A stretch of 64,000 nt of DNA, from positions 294,102-358,101 of the forward strand of contig JAYQVP010000001.1 in the NCBI GenBank assembly GCA_038148515.1, in the 5' to 3' direction. The notes beneath the pieces are model-generated. The model was not told the DNA's origin and ran no database searches. It was given only the letters and a program-made list of their open reading frames with translations. This DNA comes from Poseidonia sp. Lineage in GTDB: Archaea > Thermoplasmatota > Poseidoniia > Poseidoniales > Poseidoniaceae. The stretch's first letter is position 1. Each line of letters begins with the position of its first letter. The translations under genes were made by a program, and so were the position numbers. Positions 55,776-64,000 of this stretch are shown here, piece by piece.

Positions 55776-56975
55776 TCAAAGTTCAGACGGGCGTTGGGGT
55801 GGGCCGCTGGGAGGACCGGATGGAGGGCCAGTCGGAGGACCCGTGGGTGGACCGCTGGGGGGACCAGTCGGAGGACCAGTCGGAGGGCCGCTGGGAGGAC
55901 TGGATGGAGGACCAGTCGGAGGACCCGAAGGTGGACCGCTGGGAGGACCCGAAGGTGGACCGCTGGGAGGACCCGAAGGTGGACCGCTGGGAGGACCTGA
56001 CGGAGGACCCGAGGGTGGACCGCTGGGAGGGCCAGTCGGGGGACCCGTAGGTGGACCGCTGGGAGGGCCAGACGGAGGACCCGAAGGTGGGCCGCTGGGA
56101 GGGCCAGAGGGTGGACCGGACGGTGAAACAGGGGCGGCTTCTTCGACGATCTCAGGCTCGAGCGCCGGCGATTCAAGAGCTTCGGGCGGTGCGGCTGGAG
56201 GGAGTGGGGGTGGGGTGGCGGCAACGGCGACCGGTTCGGGCGCTTCGAGGGGTTCAGCAGGTTCGGCGGGTTCGGCAGGTGAAGCAATCGGAGCGATGGG
56301 GGCCAAGAGTGGGTCGGGAGTGGAGGGTGTGGGCGCCAGCAGGTCGACAGGTTCGGGCGCAGGTGCCGCTACGGGCGGGGTCAACGGGTCCAGCGGTGCA
56401 GGTGCCACTTGGGCCCAAGGCGGGGTACGGGGGCCTTCTTCCTCTTCTTCAGTGACATGGCCTTGGCTGACCATGGTGCCACCACCTTCCATGTTCTCGC
56501 CCACATAGGCGGTCATCATGATTGAACTCGGATCGATGAGGCCCCGCTCTTCGGTTTGGCCGAAATCGCCGAGGTGAGCATCGAAGGCTCCGCTGAACAA
56601 GGTCGAACCGATGGCGTTGCCCAATGCACGACCCTTTTCGGCCTTGTATTCAAACGCGCAGTCGTAAGGGCCCAAGGCAAGGGTTTGCCCACCACCCTCA
56701 AATTCAAAGGTCCACGTGCCAAGTGAAATTGCCGCTTCGAATTTGAATTGCCGCGTGAGCCCTGGACCGATGGACGTGATGCCTTCGGTGGGCTCAAAGC
56801 GAGCTCCGCTATCGGTCACGATGGTGGCGTGAAGACCACCCACGGGAATGGCCGACTCGTTGATCAACTCAACAACCACCAACACGATGTCTTCATCGTC
56901 GTCATCAATGTCCATGGCAACGGACATCAAATGGGCGCTCAACGAACCAGCCCGCGCCGAGTGTTCATCGCTCAT
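55776..56975 (-). CDS. Hypothetical protein with a Pro/Ala-rich linker and GPP(S/T) tail
   Basis: Globular N-terminus followed by a low-complexity C-terminus. Start uncertain. Confidence 0.7.
   Translation of the reverse strand: MSDEHSARAGSLSAHLMSVAMDIDDDDEDIVLVVVELINESAIPVGGLHATIVTDSGARFEPTEGITSIGPGLTRQFKFEAAISLGTWTFEFEGGGQTLALGPYDCAFEYKAEKGRALGNAIGSTLFSGAFDAHLGDFGQTEERGLIDPSSIMMTAYVGENMEGGGTMVSQGHVTEEEEEGPRTPPWAQVAPAPLDPLTPPVAAPAPEPVDLLAPTPSTPDPLLAPIAPIASPAEPAEPAEPLEAPEPVAVAATPPPLPPAAPPEALESPALEPEIVEEAAPVSPSGPPSGPPSGPPSGPPSGPPSGPPTGPPTGPPSGPPSGPPSGPPSGPPSGPPSGPPSGPPSGPPSGPPTGPPSSPPSGPPTGPPTGPPSGPPTGPPTGPPSGPPSGPPQRPSEL
55797..56117 (-). repeat. Coding 12-bp tandem repeat, about 27 GPP(S/T) units
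   Basis: Read directly; synonymous positions vary between units. Confidence 0.9.
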
Positions 56976-57040
56976 CCAATCCCACCGATTGGCACTGAGG
57001 GGTGGCTCTACTTCAAGGGCGTGGCTGATTGAACTGGGCC

Positions 57041-57604
57041 TCAGCGCAATCGCAGGCGGGTCTCGGAAGGCAGTGACCAATCCACCGCTGCCACCGTGTG
57101 ATGCTCACGGTCCACCTTGGTTCGGTATTCCGACTTCTCCGACCCAGCGTTGAAGGTGTCGCGCAATCCGAACCACAGCGGTCCAATGACGGGCAACAAG
57201 TACAGCATTTTGGCCACGGCTCGAGGGCCCCAATGATGGGATTCGAGCAAGGTGCCGTTGTCGTGGACGATGGCGATACGAAAGCCACGTTGGGCCAGTG
57301 ACCGCCCTATCGTTTGGCCGGTGTACTTGAAGTACAGGTAGAAGGCTGAAATGAAGATGAACCAGTTGGCGAAGAAGAACATCACCGTTCGTACATCACC
57401 ACGAAGCAATCCAACATTGTACAGATGGACGATGAGTTGGCCTCGGGACAGGAACGAGAGGACCACGCTGATCATGATGACATCGAGCATGAAGGCCAAG
57501 ACTCGCTTCCATGCGGGAGCGATAAGCATCCCTTCAGGAGCCGAGGCGAGAAGAGTTTGGGCCAAGGTTCCCCCCTTGACGATGGTCACGGGACTCTCGG
57601 CCAT
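57041..57604 (-). CDS. RDD family membrane protein
   Basis: APAWKRVLAFMLD, GQTIGR, D..H.T. Confidence 0.75.
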   Translation of the reverse strand: MAESPVTIVKGGTLAQTLLASAPEGMLIAPAWKRVLAFMLDVIMISVVLSFLSRGQLIVHLYNVGLLRGDVRTVMFFFANWFIFISAFYLYFKYTGQTIGRSLAQRGFRIAIVHDNGTLLESHHWGPRAVAKMLYLLPVIGPLWFGLRDTFNAGSEKSEYRTKVDREHHTVAAVDWSLPSETRLRLR

Positions 57605-57715
57605 GGTCTTCGCACACCTTCCCCTTTGTCAAAGGCTGCGTTCGGGCCGTGCGGTGGGGAACGGCGACATCCATCTGAGAGGGGCTCATGCGCTCGAGGG
57701 AATCAGGAGCTGAAT

Positions 57716-57970
57716 TCACTTTGTGGCAATTCTGTGCCCGTTGCCGTCCTTGTAGCTTCCCGTGGCGAGGAGGATGATGTCGATGAGCCACCAGAGGCCG
57801 AGACCGCCGGAGGTGATCAGTTTCAGCACACCCAGACCGATGGAGCCCGCATAAAAACGGTCAATGCCGAGGAATCCGAGGACGACGGCGAGCACCATGG
57901 TGACGACCCAATCCTTCTCGGAAACAAGGTCGGTTTGGGTCGGATAGATGGAAACGGGTACTGGTTGCAT
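57716..57970 (-). CDS. TM2 domain protein
   Basis: LGFLGIDRFYAG...G.LKLIT.GGLG.WWLIDIIL...G...D.NG. Confidence 0.9.
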   Translation of the reverse strand: MQPVPVSIYPTQTDLVSEKDWVVTMVLAVVLGFLGIDRFYAGSIGLGVLKLITSGGLGLWWLIDIILLATGSYKDGNGHRIATK

Positions 57971-58080
57971 GGTAGCGTTCGGGTGCTATCGGCTTATGAG
58001 CCTCACCGTTTATTGGTCGCTTTTCGAGTTGAGTGTCTGATTCTCGCTGCGAATCGTGAACTTCGTTCACCATCTGCGCC

Positions 58081-60069
58081 TCAGGCTTGGTGGGTGATGT
58101 GCCATGCGTACAACTGGGATTCTTCCACCCAATCGAGGTAGGAGCGCCAGGTCGGGTCGTGGCGCAACGTCGCTGGATGACCCAAAATCACCAAGCCGCG
58201 TTTCGCTCGTGTGATAGCGACGTTCAATCGTCGGTAGTCGGCTAAAAAGCCCACTTCGCCCTCGTCGTTGGCTCGAACGGTGGAGAACACGATGACGTCC
58301 TTTTCCCGCCCTTGGTACCCGTCAACGCTTTTGATCTCAAGTCCTGCATAGGGCTGACCGGGTTCTCTGCCGCCGGCTTGGTCAAACAGGTTGGTCAGAG
58401 CTCGCACCTGCCCGTTGTACGGCGTCACGACGCCGATGTCCTCCGGTTCCACGTCGCCCGCCATCAGCAAGTCGTTGACGATGGTCAGCACGAGAGCGGC
58501 TTCGTCGCGATTGGAGCGACTTTTCCCTTCTTCGTCGGTTTCCTCGACACCTGACACAGGAACGAAGGCCATCGGACGGTCCCAATCAGGCCACAAAAAA
58601 CCCGCAGGAGGGGGGCGTTGCTCGGGGGTGCAACCGTCTTCCAGTCGGTTATCGTAAAAACGAGCGCTGGGGAATTCGCGCATGATAGGGTGCATTCGGT
58701 ATTGAGTGGTTAGCATCGTTGAGACCAAGCCGCAAGCGATGAGGCGGTCGAACAAGGAACGATTCAACCCGCCCTTTTCGGCGTCTCGGCTCAAGACGGT
58801 GGGTGGAAGTTGTTGGTGGTCGCCCACGAGAACGAGTTGTCGGCATCCTTTCACCAAGGGCACCAAGGCGCTGGGTTCGGTGGCTTGGGTTGCCTCGTCC
58901 ATCAGCACCACAGGGAAGCGCCGGGATTCCAATAGACGATGGCCGCATCCAATGGTAGTGGCGCAAATCACCTCGGCTTCGTCGAGGACGCTGGCCGTCA
59001 TGGTGTCTTCGAGGCGGCGAATTTCCTTCTGGTTGTGATTGATGTCGCGGTGCATCAAGCCCTTTTCTTTGCCCTTCAACGATGGAAGGGCTTTGCGCAA
59101 TTCCCGCTGTTCGTCCTGCAAAAACGCCAGTTCCTCCTGCATGGGGTGGTCCTCGAGCACGGCATCAAGGGTTGCTGAACGCAGGGCCTCCCTCACCTTG
59201 ACAGGCCGACCGATGCGGAGAGCCTTGACACCCAAATCCAGCAAGCCCTCGAGGAGATTGTCCACGGCGACGTTGGATTCAGCCGTGGCCAAGATTGGGC
59301 CGGACCCCAACTGGACCATCGTGTGAAGCAGGTGGGTTGCTGTTGTCGTTTTCCCCGTGCCTGGCGGCCCTTGAATCAAGGTCATGCGTCGGGCGAGAGC
59401 CTGTTCGATGGCCGATTGCTGGGAGGCGTTGAGATGCTCGAGGGAGGGGCGTGGACCTCGTTGCATGGGCCGGCCGCGGATGTCGGGTGGAAGCGCAGCA
59501 CTGTCGTTGATGTCAAGCACGTTGCCAAGGAGCAATTCTCGAAGCACGGTCCCTCCATCGCCCTCCGTTGAATGAAAGGCGATGAGGGCTTCATGCATGC
59601 GGTCATGGGCGACGCGATTGGCGCCGCGGTCCAGTCGCCAGCCGCCTTTGCGCACATCTCGCGGTCGTTCACTCACGACGATGCGAATCCGCGTGGGCCC
59701 TCGGTCAAGAACAACGCCTTCGACCACCTTTTCTCCCCACGGACGGGAGCGGGAGATCAACACAATGTCGCCGGGCGAGAAGCGGTGTTCGGGCAGCCGG
59801 CCGCCGTCTTGAGCCTCAAACACGATGATATCTTCGCCAAAAAACCGCCCTTGTGCTCGAGCCGAGAGGTCAAACAACGCCAAGCCGGCCAGTAACAAAC
59901 GTTGCTTGGTCCATGTTTTCCAGCGTTCTTCCACCTGCTTGGTCTCGTCGTCGAGTTCCTGGCGAATCAACGCCGTGAAGCGGTTGAAGTGGTCTTGGCT
60001 TCGCCTCCAACGGTCCGGCATCGCCTCATCCTTCAATTCCGGCAACTCGGGAGGAGCAGCGTTGTTCAT
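58081..60069 (-). CDS. Superfamily 1 helicase, Upf1/IGHMBP2-like
   Basis: QGPPGTGKT, SNVAVD, DEATQ, GDHQQL, QYRM, TPYNGQ, VDGYQGREK, RRLNVAITRAK. Start 60069 or 60096. Confidence 0.92.
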   Translation of the reverse strand: MNNAAPPELPELKDEAMPDRWRRSQDHFNRFTALIRQELDDETKQVEERWKTWTKQRLLLAGLALFDLSARAQGRFFGEDIIVFEAQDGGRLPEHRFSPGDIVLISRSRPWGEKVVEGVVLDRGPTRIRIVVSERPRDVRKGGWRLDRGANRVAHDRMHEALIAFHSTEGDGGTVLRELLLGNVLDINDSAALPPDIRGRPMQRGPRPSLEHLNASQQSAIEQALARRMTLIQGPPGTGKTTTATHLLHTMVQLGSGPILATAESNVAVDNLLEGLLDLGVKALRIGRPVKVREALRSATLDAVLEDHPMQEELAFLQDEQRELRKALPSLKGKEKGLMHRDINHNQKEIRRLEDTMTASVLDEAEVICATTIGCGHRLLESRRFPVVLMDEATQATEPSALVPLVKGCRQLVLVGDHQQLPPTVLSRDAEKGGLNRSLFDRLIACGLVSTMLTTQYRMHPIMREFPSARFYDNRLEDGCTPEQRPPPAGFLWPDWDRPMAFVPVSGVEETDEEGKSRSNRDEAALVLTIVNDLLMAGDVEPEDIGVVTPYNGQVRALTNLFDQAGGREPGQPYAGLEIKSVDGYQGREKDVIVFSTVRANDEGEVGFLADYRRLNVAITRAKRGLVILGHPATLRHDPTWRSYLDWVEESQLYAWHITHQA

Positions 60070-60213
60070 TCGTTTAACCGAACCTTTCCGCCCCATGACC
60101 CCTGCTTGCAGGCGTGCTTCATCATCGTATGCATGGAGAAGTCGGGCTTGCTCAAGCGGGAAACCCTCACTCTTAAACACGCCACGGCCCGCCGAGGAGT
60201 TGGGGTGGAGGTG

Positions 60214-61569
60214 ATGTTCGGTCGGAAGAAGAAAGCCTCCGACAACATCGGCGCCACCTGCCCGTATTGCGAATTCACCAACCCTCTGGGAGCAGAAACC
60301 TGCGCCCAATGTTACTACGACCTCAACAAATCCGCCCGGGACCAACCGATGGCGAAACCCACCACTTCTGGCGAGGACATCATGAATCTCTTGCTAGGTG
60401 ACAACGAGGACGAAGACGACGAACCGATTCAAGTCGTCGAAGCCGTGTTGAGCCTCGAGGATGTGACGGTGGACATCGACCAGTACACCGTTGCCGAACC
60501 GCAACACAACGAAGATGGCGAGGTCGTTCCCGAATCGTTTGAGTTTCTCGGCAGCCAAGGTCCGACGCTGTCCTCAACCGTCGCCGCCGTCGAAGACGAT
60601 GAAGTGGAGCTCACGGCAGCCGATGCGCCCACCAACGTGGCCACCTTCGAGGCCGGCACAGTCGACCCTCTGGCCGAAGTAGCGGAACCCGTTCACACCG
60701 GTCGGGGTGGTTTGTACTCGCCGACCGTCGCCGCTCCCAACGACGATGACCTCACGGGAGATGTTGGCCCGACCCCGGAAGACAGCGGCATGGACATCCC
60801 TGACTTGCCCGATGATGAACCCGAAACGCCTGCATCGCTGACCCAACGGGACGTGCCGTTCGTGACCGAAATGGCAACGGTTCAACCCGACTTGACCAAC
60901 CAGCCATCAACAGCCGATGGATGGAACGATACGGCCCTTCCCGACCTTCCCGACGACGAAGAGACGGTCATTGAGCCATCCTCGGCTTGGCCCGAACCGG
61001 CCCTCGACGCCTCGCAGGACAGCATGATGTTGCCCGACTTGCCCGAGGAAACGGGAGATGAAACACCGGGCCTGCCCGGGGATGAGGCGCCATCATCGCC
61101 CGAACAGGCGATGGAGGGGGGGCAGGATGAAGCCGTGCAGCACGATCCAATGACCGTCCCCGATTTGCCTGAGGACACGGAAGACGAAACACCGGGCCTG
61201 CCAGGGGATATGGGAGACGAAACGCCGGTCCTGCCCGACTCTACTGAAATGGAAGAGCCACCCTTGCCAAACGCGCCTCCACGTATTTGGCCGTGGGCCA
61301 AAGGCGAGGCGTGGACGCCCACGCAAGTCTACCAAGAAGTGGTCAAAGCGATGGAATGCATCAAACACGGCCGGATGGAAGAAGGTGCGTCCACCCTCGA
61401 CCACCTCGGCCCCCATTTGGACGTGAACCTCGATATGTTGCTTCACATCTCTGCGCTCATGCAGCACCTTGGCCGGCACGACCACGTGAAGTGGACCTTG
61501 GACATGGCAGCCTACGTCTACCCGGACGACCCTTATGTTCATCAAGCACGGGCCCAACTTCTCGGGTAG
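60214..61569 (+). CDS. Zinc-ribbon protein with a long acidic linker (PDLP repeats) and a TPR-like C-terminus
   Basis: CPYC...CAQC; four [LIV]PDLP motifs; helical C-terminus; GGAGGTG SD. Confidence 0.7.
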   Translation: MFGRKKKASDNIGATCPYCEFTNPLGAETCAQCYYDLNKSARDQPMAKPTTSGEDIMNLLLGDNEDEDDEPIQVVEAVLSLEDVTVDIDQYTVAEPQHNEDGEVVPESFEFLGSQGPTLSSTVAAVEDDEVELTAADAPTNVATFEAGTVDPLAEVAEPVHTGRGGLYSPTVAAPNDDDLTGDVGPTPEDSGMDIPDLPDDEPETPASLTQRDVPFVTEMATVQPDLTNQPSTADGWNDTALPDLPDDEETVIEPSSAWPEPALDASQDSMMLPDLPEETGDETPGLPGDEAPSSPEQAMEGGQDEAVQHDPMTVPDLPEDTEDETPGLPGDMGDETPVLPDSTEMEEPPLPNAPPRIWPWAKGEAWTPTQVYQEVVKAMECIKHGRMEEGASTLDHLGPHLDVNLDMLLHISALMQHLGRHDHVKWTLDMAAYVYPDDPYVHQARAQLLG

Positions 61570-61578
61570 GGGAACACC

Positions 61579-62148
61579 ATGGTAGCCACGCCGGTGCTGC
61601 AGGTCAGCGACTCAGTGGATTTGCGTCCGGCGACGAAATCCATTCTCCCGGCCATGCTCGACGCTTACCACGAGGATTCCGAGGCGGCACAAACGGCCTT
61701 GCCTTGGCTCGACCCAAACGACGATGTGCGTCGCCAACTCCGTGATATGCTGTACGATATTCAAGCCCAGCACGGCACGGACACGCTCCATTTTTGGGGC
61801 ATCCACGACCGAAGCAACGACGAATTTCTCGGATTGATCGGGTTGGGCGACGAATTGCAGTCACTTCATTCCGATTTCAGCCTCGGCTACTGGGTGCGCC
61901 TCAAGCACAGAAGGCGGGGGTTGGCCTCCACATGTGTGGACGCCGTCCTGAACTGGTTGGCCCAGCGAGAGGTGTCCACCGTAGTGGAAATTGCCGTCCA
62001 TCCGCGCAACGCCGCCGGTTTAGCCACGGCAGGCGCCATCTGCCAGCGCTGGAACGGCGAGCATCTTGAGGAGTTCATCGGAATTGAATTCAAGGAACGC
62101 ACCGTTCCCCATCATTTACATCTCGTCGAGGTAGGGCCGGGGGCTTGA
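61579..62148 (+). CDS. GNAT N-acetyltransferase (RimJ/RimL-like)
   Basis: LPWL, LGYWV...RRRGLAS, N.A. Confidence 0.8.
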   Translation: MVATPVLQVSDSVDLRPATKSILPAMLDAYHEDSEAAQTALPWLDPNDDVRRQLRDMLYDIQAQHGTDTLHFWGIHDRSNDEFLGLIGLGDELQSLHSDFSLGYWVRLKHRRRGLASTCVDAVLNWLAQREVSTVVEIAVHPRNAAGLATAGAICQRWNGEHLEEFIGIEFKERTVPHHLHLVEVGPGA

Positions 62149-62149
62149 C

Positions 62150-62962
62150 ATGCCCACCTGGCTTTCCATTGACACCGATGACCTTCGTCATCTCCCCGTT
62201 CACCAAGGCCACCCCACTCGCAGCAGGGTGCCGTTTGCTGGTGCGATGAGCGAACTCTCTTCCACGTTTGTCGAGGGGTGGGAAGGCTTCGTGGAGTGGA
62301 TGGGACGCCATGATGGGGCAGTCACCCTGTTCGTGATTTCGGATATGCTCGACATCGAAGGTTTTCGGCTTCGTCTTGGTGAAGCACTGCAAGCCTTTTC
62401 CGGTCGCCTCACGGTGGGATGCCACGGCCACACCCACCGTTCATGGTCGGCATGGGGCGAAGACGGTGAGGGTTTCTCGTCCATGCTGTCCACCTCCACA
62501 GCGGCTCTGAAAGAGGCGGCAGGTGACGCATTTCTCCCGGTGTTTCGAGCCCCCAACGGATACATCGCCCCCTGGATGGCGCCAGTGCTGGCAGCCCATG
62601 GCTACCGTATTGATTCCTCCGTGAACCCCTCCTTGCTAGTGCGTCGCAAAGCGGGCGGAGCGAGGTGGAGCGACGTGACCGCCGCCATGCGTGAGGCGAA
62701 CGTGACGGAGCGAGCCTGGTTGACCCGATTTGGCTTGCCGGTCAACGGTCCTGCTTTGTTTCGTTTTCCCCTCTCTTTGCTCGCTCAACGGGCTTGGGCG
62801 AAGGCGCCGCCGTTGTTGACGAGCATGGCTGAGCCATCCTTGGCGGATGTTGATATGGACCTGACAACGCTGTACTGCCACGTTCTGGATTTTGCACGAC
62901 AAGGTGGAACCTGGACGCCGCCGCTGACCGGGCGAACAATCAAGGGCGACGGCCCAACATGA
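62150..62962 (+). CDS. Polysaccharide deacetylase family protein
   Basis: LSIDTDD, TLFV, GCHGHTH, FRAP, DSS. Confidence 0.8.
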   Translation: MPTWLSIDTDDLRHLPVHQGHPTRSRVPFAGAMSELSSTFVEGWEGFVEWMGRHDGAVTLFVISDMLDIEGFRLRLGEALQAFSGRLTVGCHGHTHRSWSAWGEDGEGFSSMLSTSTAALKEAAGDAFLPVFRAPNGYIAPWMAPVLAAHGYRIDSSVNPSLLVRRKAGGARWSDVTAAMREANVTERAWLTRFGLPVNGPALFRFPLSLLAQRAWAKAPPLLTSMAEPSLADVDMDLTTLYCHVLDFARQGGTWTPPLTGRTIKGDGPT

Positions 62963-62968
62963 ACGGTC

Positions 62969-63250
62969 GTGGACGAAGGGACCGGAACGCCGTTTCAGCG
63001 TGAGGTGTGGCGAGCCCTGTTGACCATTCCCGAAGGCGAGGTGCGAACCTACGCGCAGCTTGCGGCTCAAATCGGCCGCCCGAATGCTGCTCGGGCCGTT
63101 GCCAATGCCTGTGCAAAAAACCCCTATGCCCCCGAAGTACCCTGTCATCGCGTGGTCAGGAGCGACGGCGGATTGGGCGGGTACAGCGGCGAAGGGGGCG
63201 TTGAGGCTAAGCGGGCCTTGTTGCTGAGCGAAGGCGTCGTGATCGACTGA
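62969..63250 (+). CDS. O6-methylguanine-DNA methyltransferase (single domain)
   Basis: TPFQ..VW..L..IP.G...TY, RAVANAC..NP, active-site PCHRV, K..LL..EG. Confidence 0.9.
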   Translation: MDEGTGTPFQREVWRALLTIPEGEVRTYAQLAAQIGRPNAARAVANACAKNPYAPEVPCHRVVRSDGGLGGYSGEGGVEAKRALLLSEGVVID

Positions 63251-63268
63251 GCGAAACCAAGGCTCGGC

Positions 63269-64000
63269 TCACACATCTGCAATGTCGGGGCGTTCAACGC
63301 TGACGCCGAAGTCCTTGACCGCTTTCTCGTACACGGTGGCTTGAACATCGCCCTGACGGACGAGGGAGGAAAGCGCAGCCAAAGCGATGGCAGCACCGTC
63401 AATTTCGAAGAAACGGCGAAGCGATTCGCGGGTGTCTGAACGGCCGAAACCGTCGGTTCCCAGCACCGTGTACGAACCCTTCACCCATTGACGAATCATG
63501 TCGGGCACAGCTGCCATGTTGTCGGACACAGCCACGGTCGGCAAGGATTCACCAAGAAGGGTTTCAACCCACGGCTGGCGAAGTTCCTCGGTGGGATGAA
63601 GACGGTTGTACCGGTCGCAGGCCAACCCCTCTCGACGCAATTCTCCGTAGGAGGTCGCCGAGTAAATCTCGCTGCGGACTCCCAAGGCCTCCAATTTCTC
63701 CACGGCATCCAACACCTGAACCATGATGGGTCCCGAGCCGATGAGGCGAACCATGGGGCCGTCGCCCTTGGGTGCGCCGCGAAGCAAGTACATGCCCTTG
63801 ATGATGCCCTCGTCGACGCCTTTTGGTTTGGGTGGCATGGGGTAGTTCTCGTTGTAGACTGCGATGTAATGGAGCACGTCCTTGTTCTCCACATGCATCT
63901 CTTCAATGCCGAACTTGATGATGGCAGCCAGTTCGTAGGCAAAGGCAGGGTCCCATGCTCGCACGGCCGGGTTGGTGTGCGCCATCAACAAGGAGTGCCC
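63269..64000 (-). CDS. aceE: Pyruvate dehydrogenase E1, homodimeric (AceE-type), C-terminal part; runs off the right edge
   Basis: DPAFAYEL, YNENY..P, GIIKGMY, GSG.I, SATSY.EL, LGTDGFGRSDTRE.LRRFFE. Confidence 0.92.
   Translation of the reverse strand, partial: GHSLLMAHTNPAVRAWDPAFAYELAAIIKFGIEEMHVENKDVLHYIAVYNENYPMPPKPKGVDEGIIKGMYLLRGAPKGDGPMVRLIGSGPIMVQVLDAVEKLEALGVRSEIYSATSYGELRREGLACDRYNRLHPTEELRQPWVETLLGESLPTVAVSDNMAAVPDMIRQWVKGSYTVLGTDGFGRSDTRESLRRFFEIDGAAIALAALSSLVRQGDVQATVYEKAVKDFGVSVERPDIADV

Noticed and set aside
55690..56508. Gly-rich plus-strand ORF, or a collagen-like protein
   Set aside because: It is the antisense shadow of the GPPS repeat, and the period is 4 rather than 3.

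Overview
The window is archaeal chromosome, most likely a Marine Group II euryarchaeote (Ca. Poseidoniales). This is inferred from gene content: PolD large subunit, rps13-rps4-rps11-rpoD, pantoate kinase, a class III-signal pilin, several thrombospondin type-3 surface proteins and a bacterial-type aceE in GC-rich DNA. About 1-20 kb holds housekeeping genes, a CDIN1/TPD-type nuclease, a chimeric LeuRS, two large Ca-binding surface proteins and a membrane-anchored wHTH regulator. At about 20.0-24.1 kb is an AT-rich four-gene cassette (UXS-like SDR, radical SAM, GT2, DXD-type GT). About 26.9-53 kb is a large surface-glycan locus. It has a flippase, WecB/WecC, Wzm/Wzt, a 1792-aa multi-GT protein, several other GTs, two QueC-like PP-loop proteins and a cysteate synthase. 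The rest is pilin, map, tsaC, an Upf1-like helicase and other housekeeping genes. I saw no tRNA, rRNA, CRISPR array, integrase or transposase. The best novel-system candidates are (i) an ABC-exported uronic-acid polysaccharide possibly amidated with cysteate or another amine by the PP-loop ligases, and (ii) the radical-SAM glycosylation cassette. All family calls come from motif recognition by eye; no searches were run.
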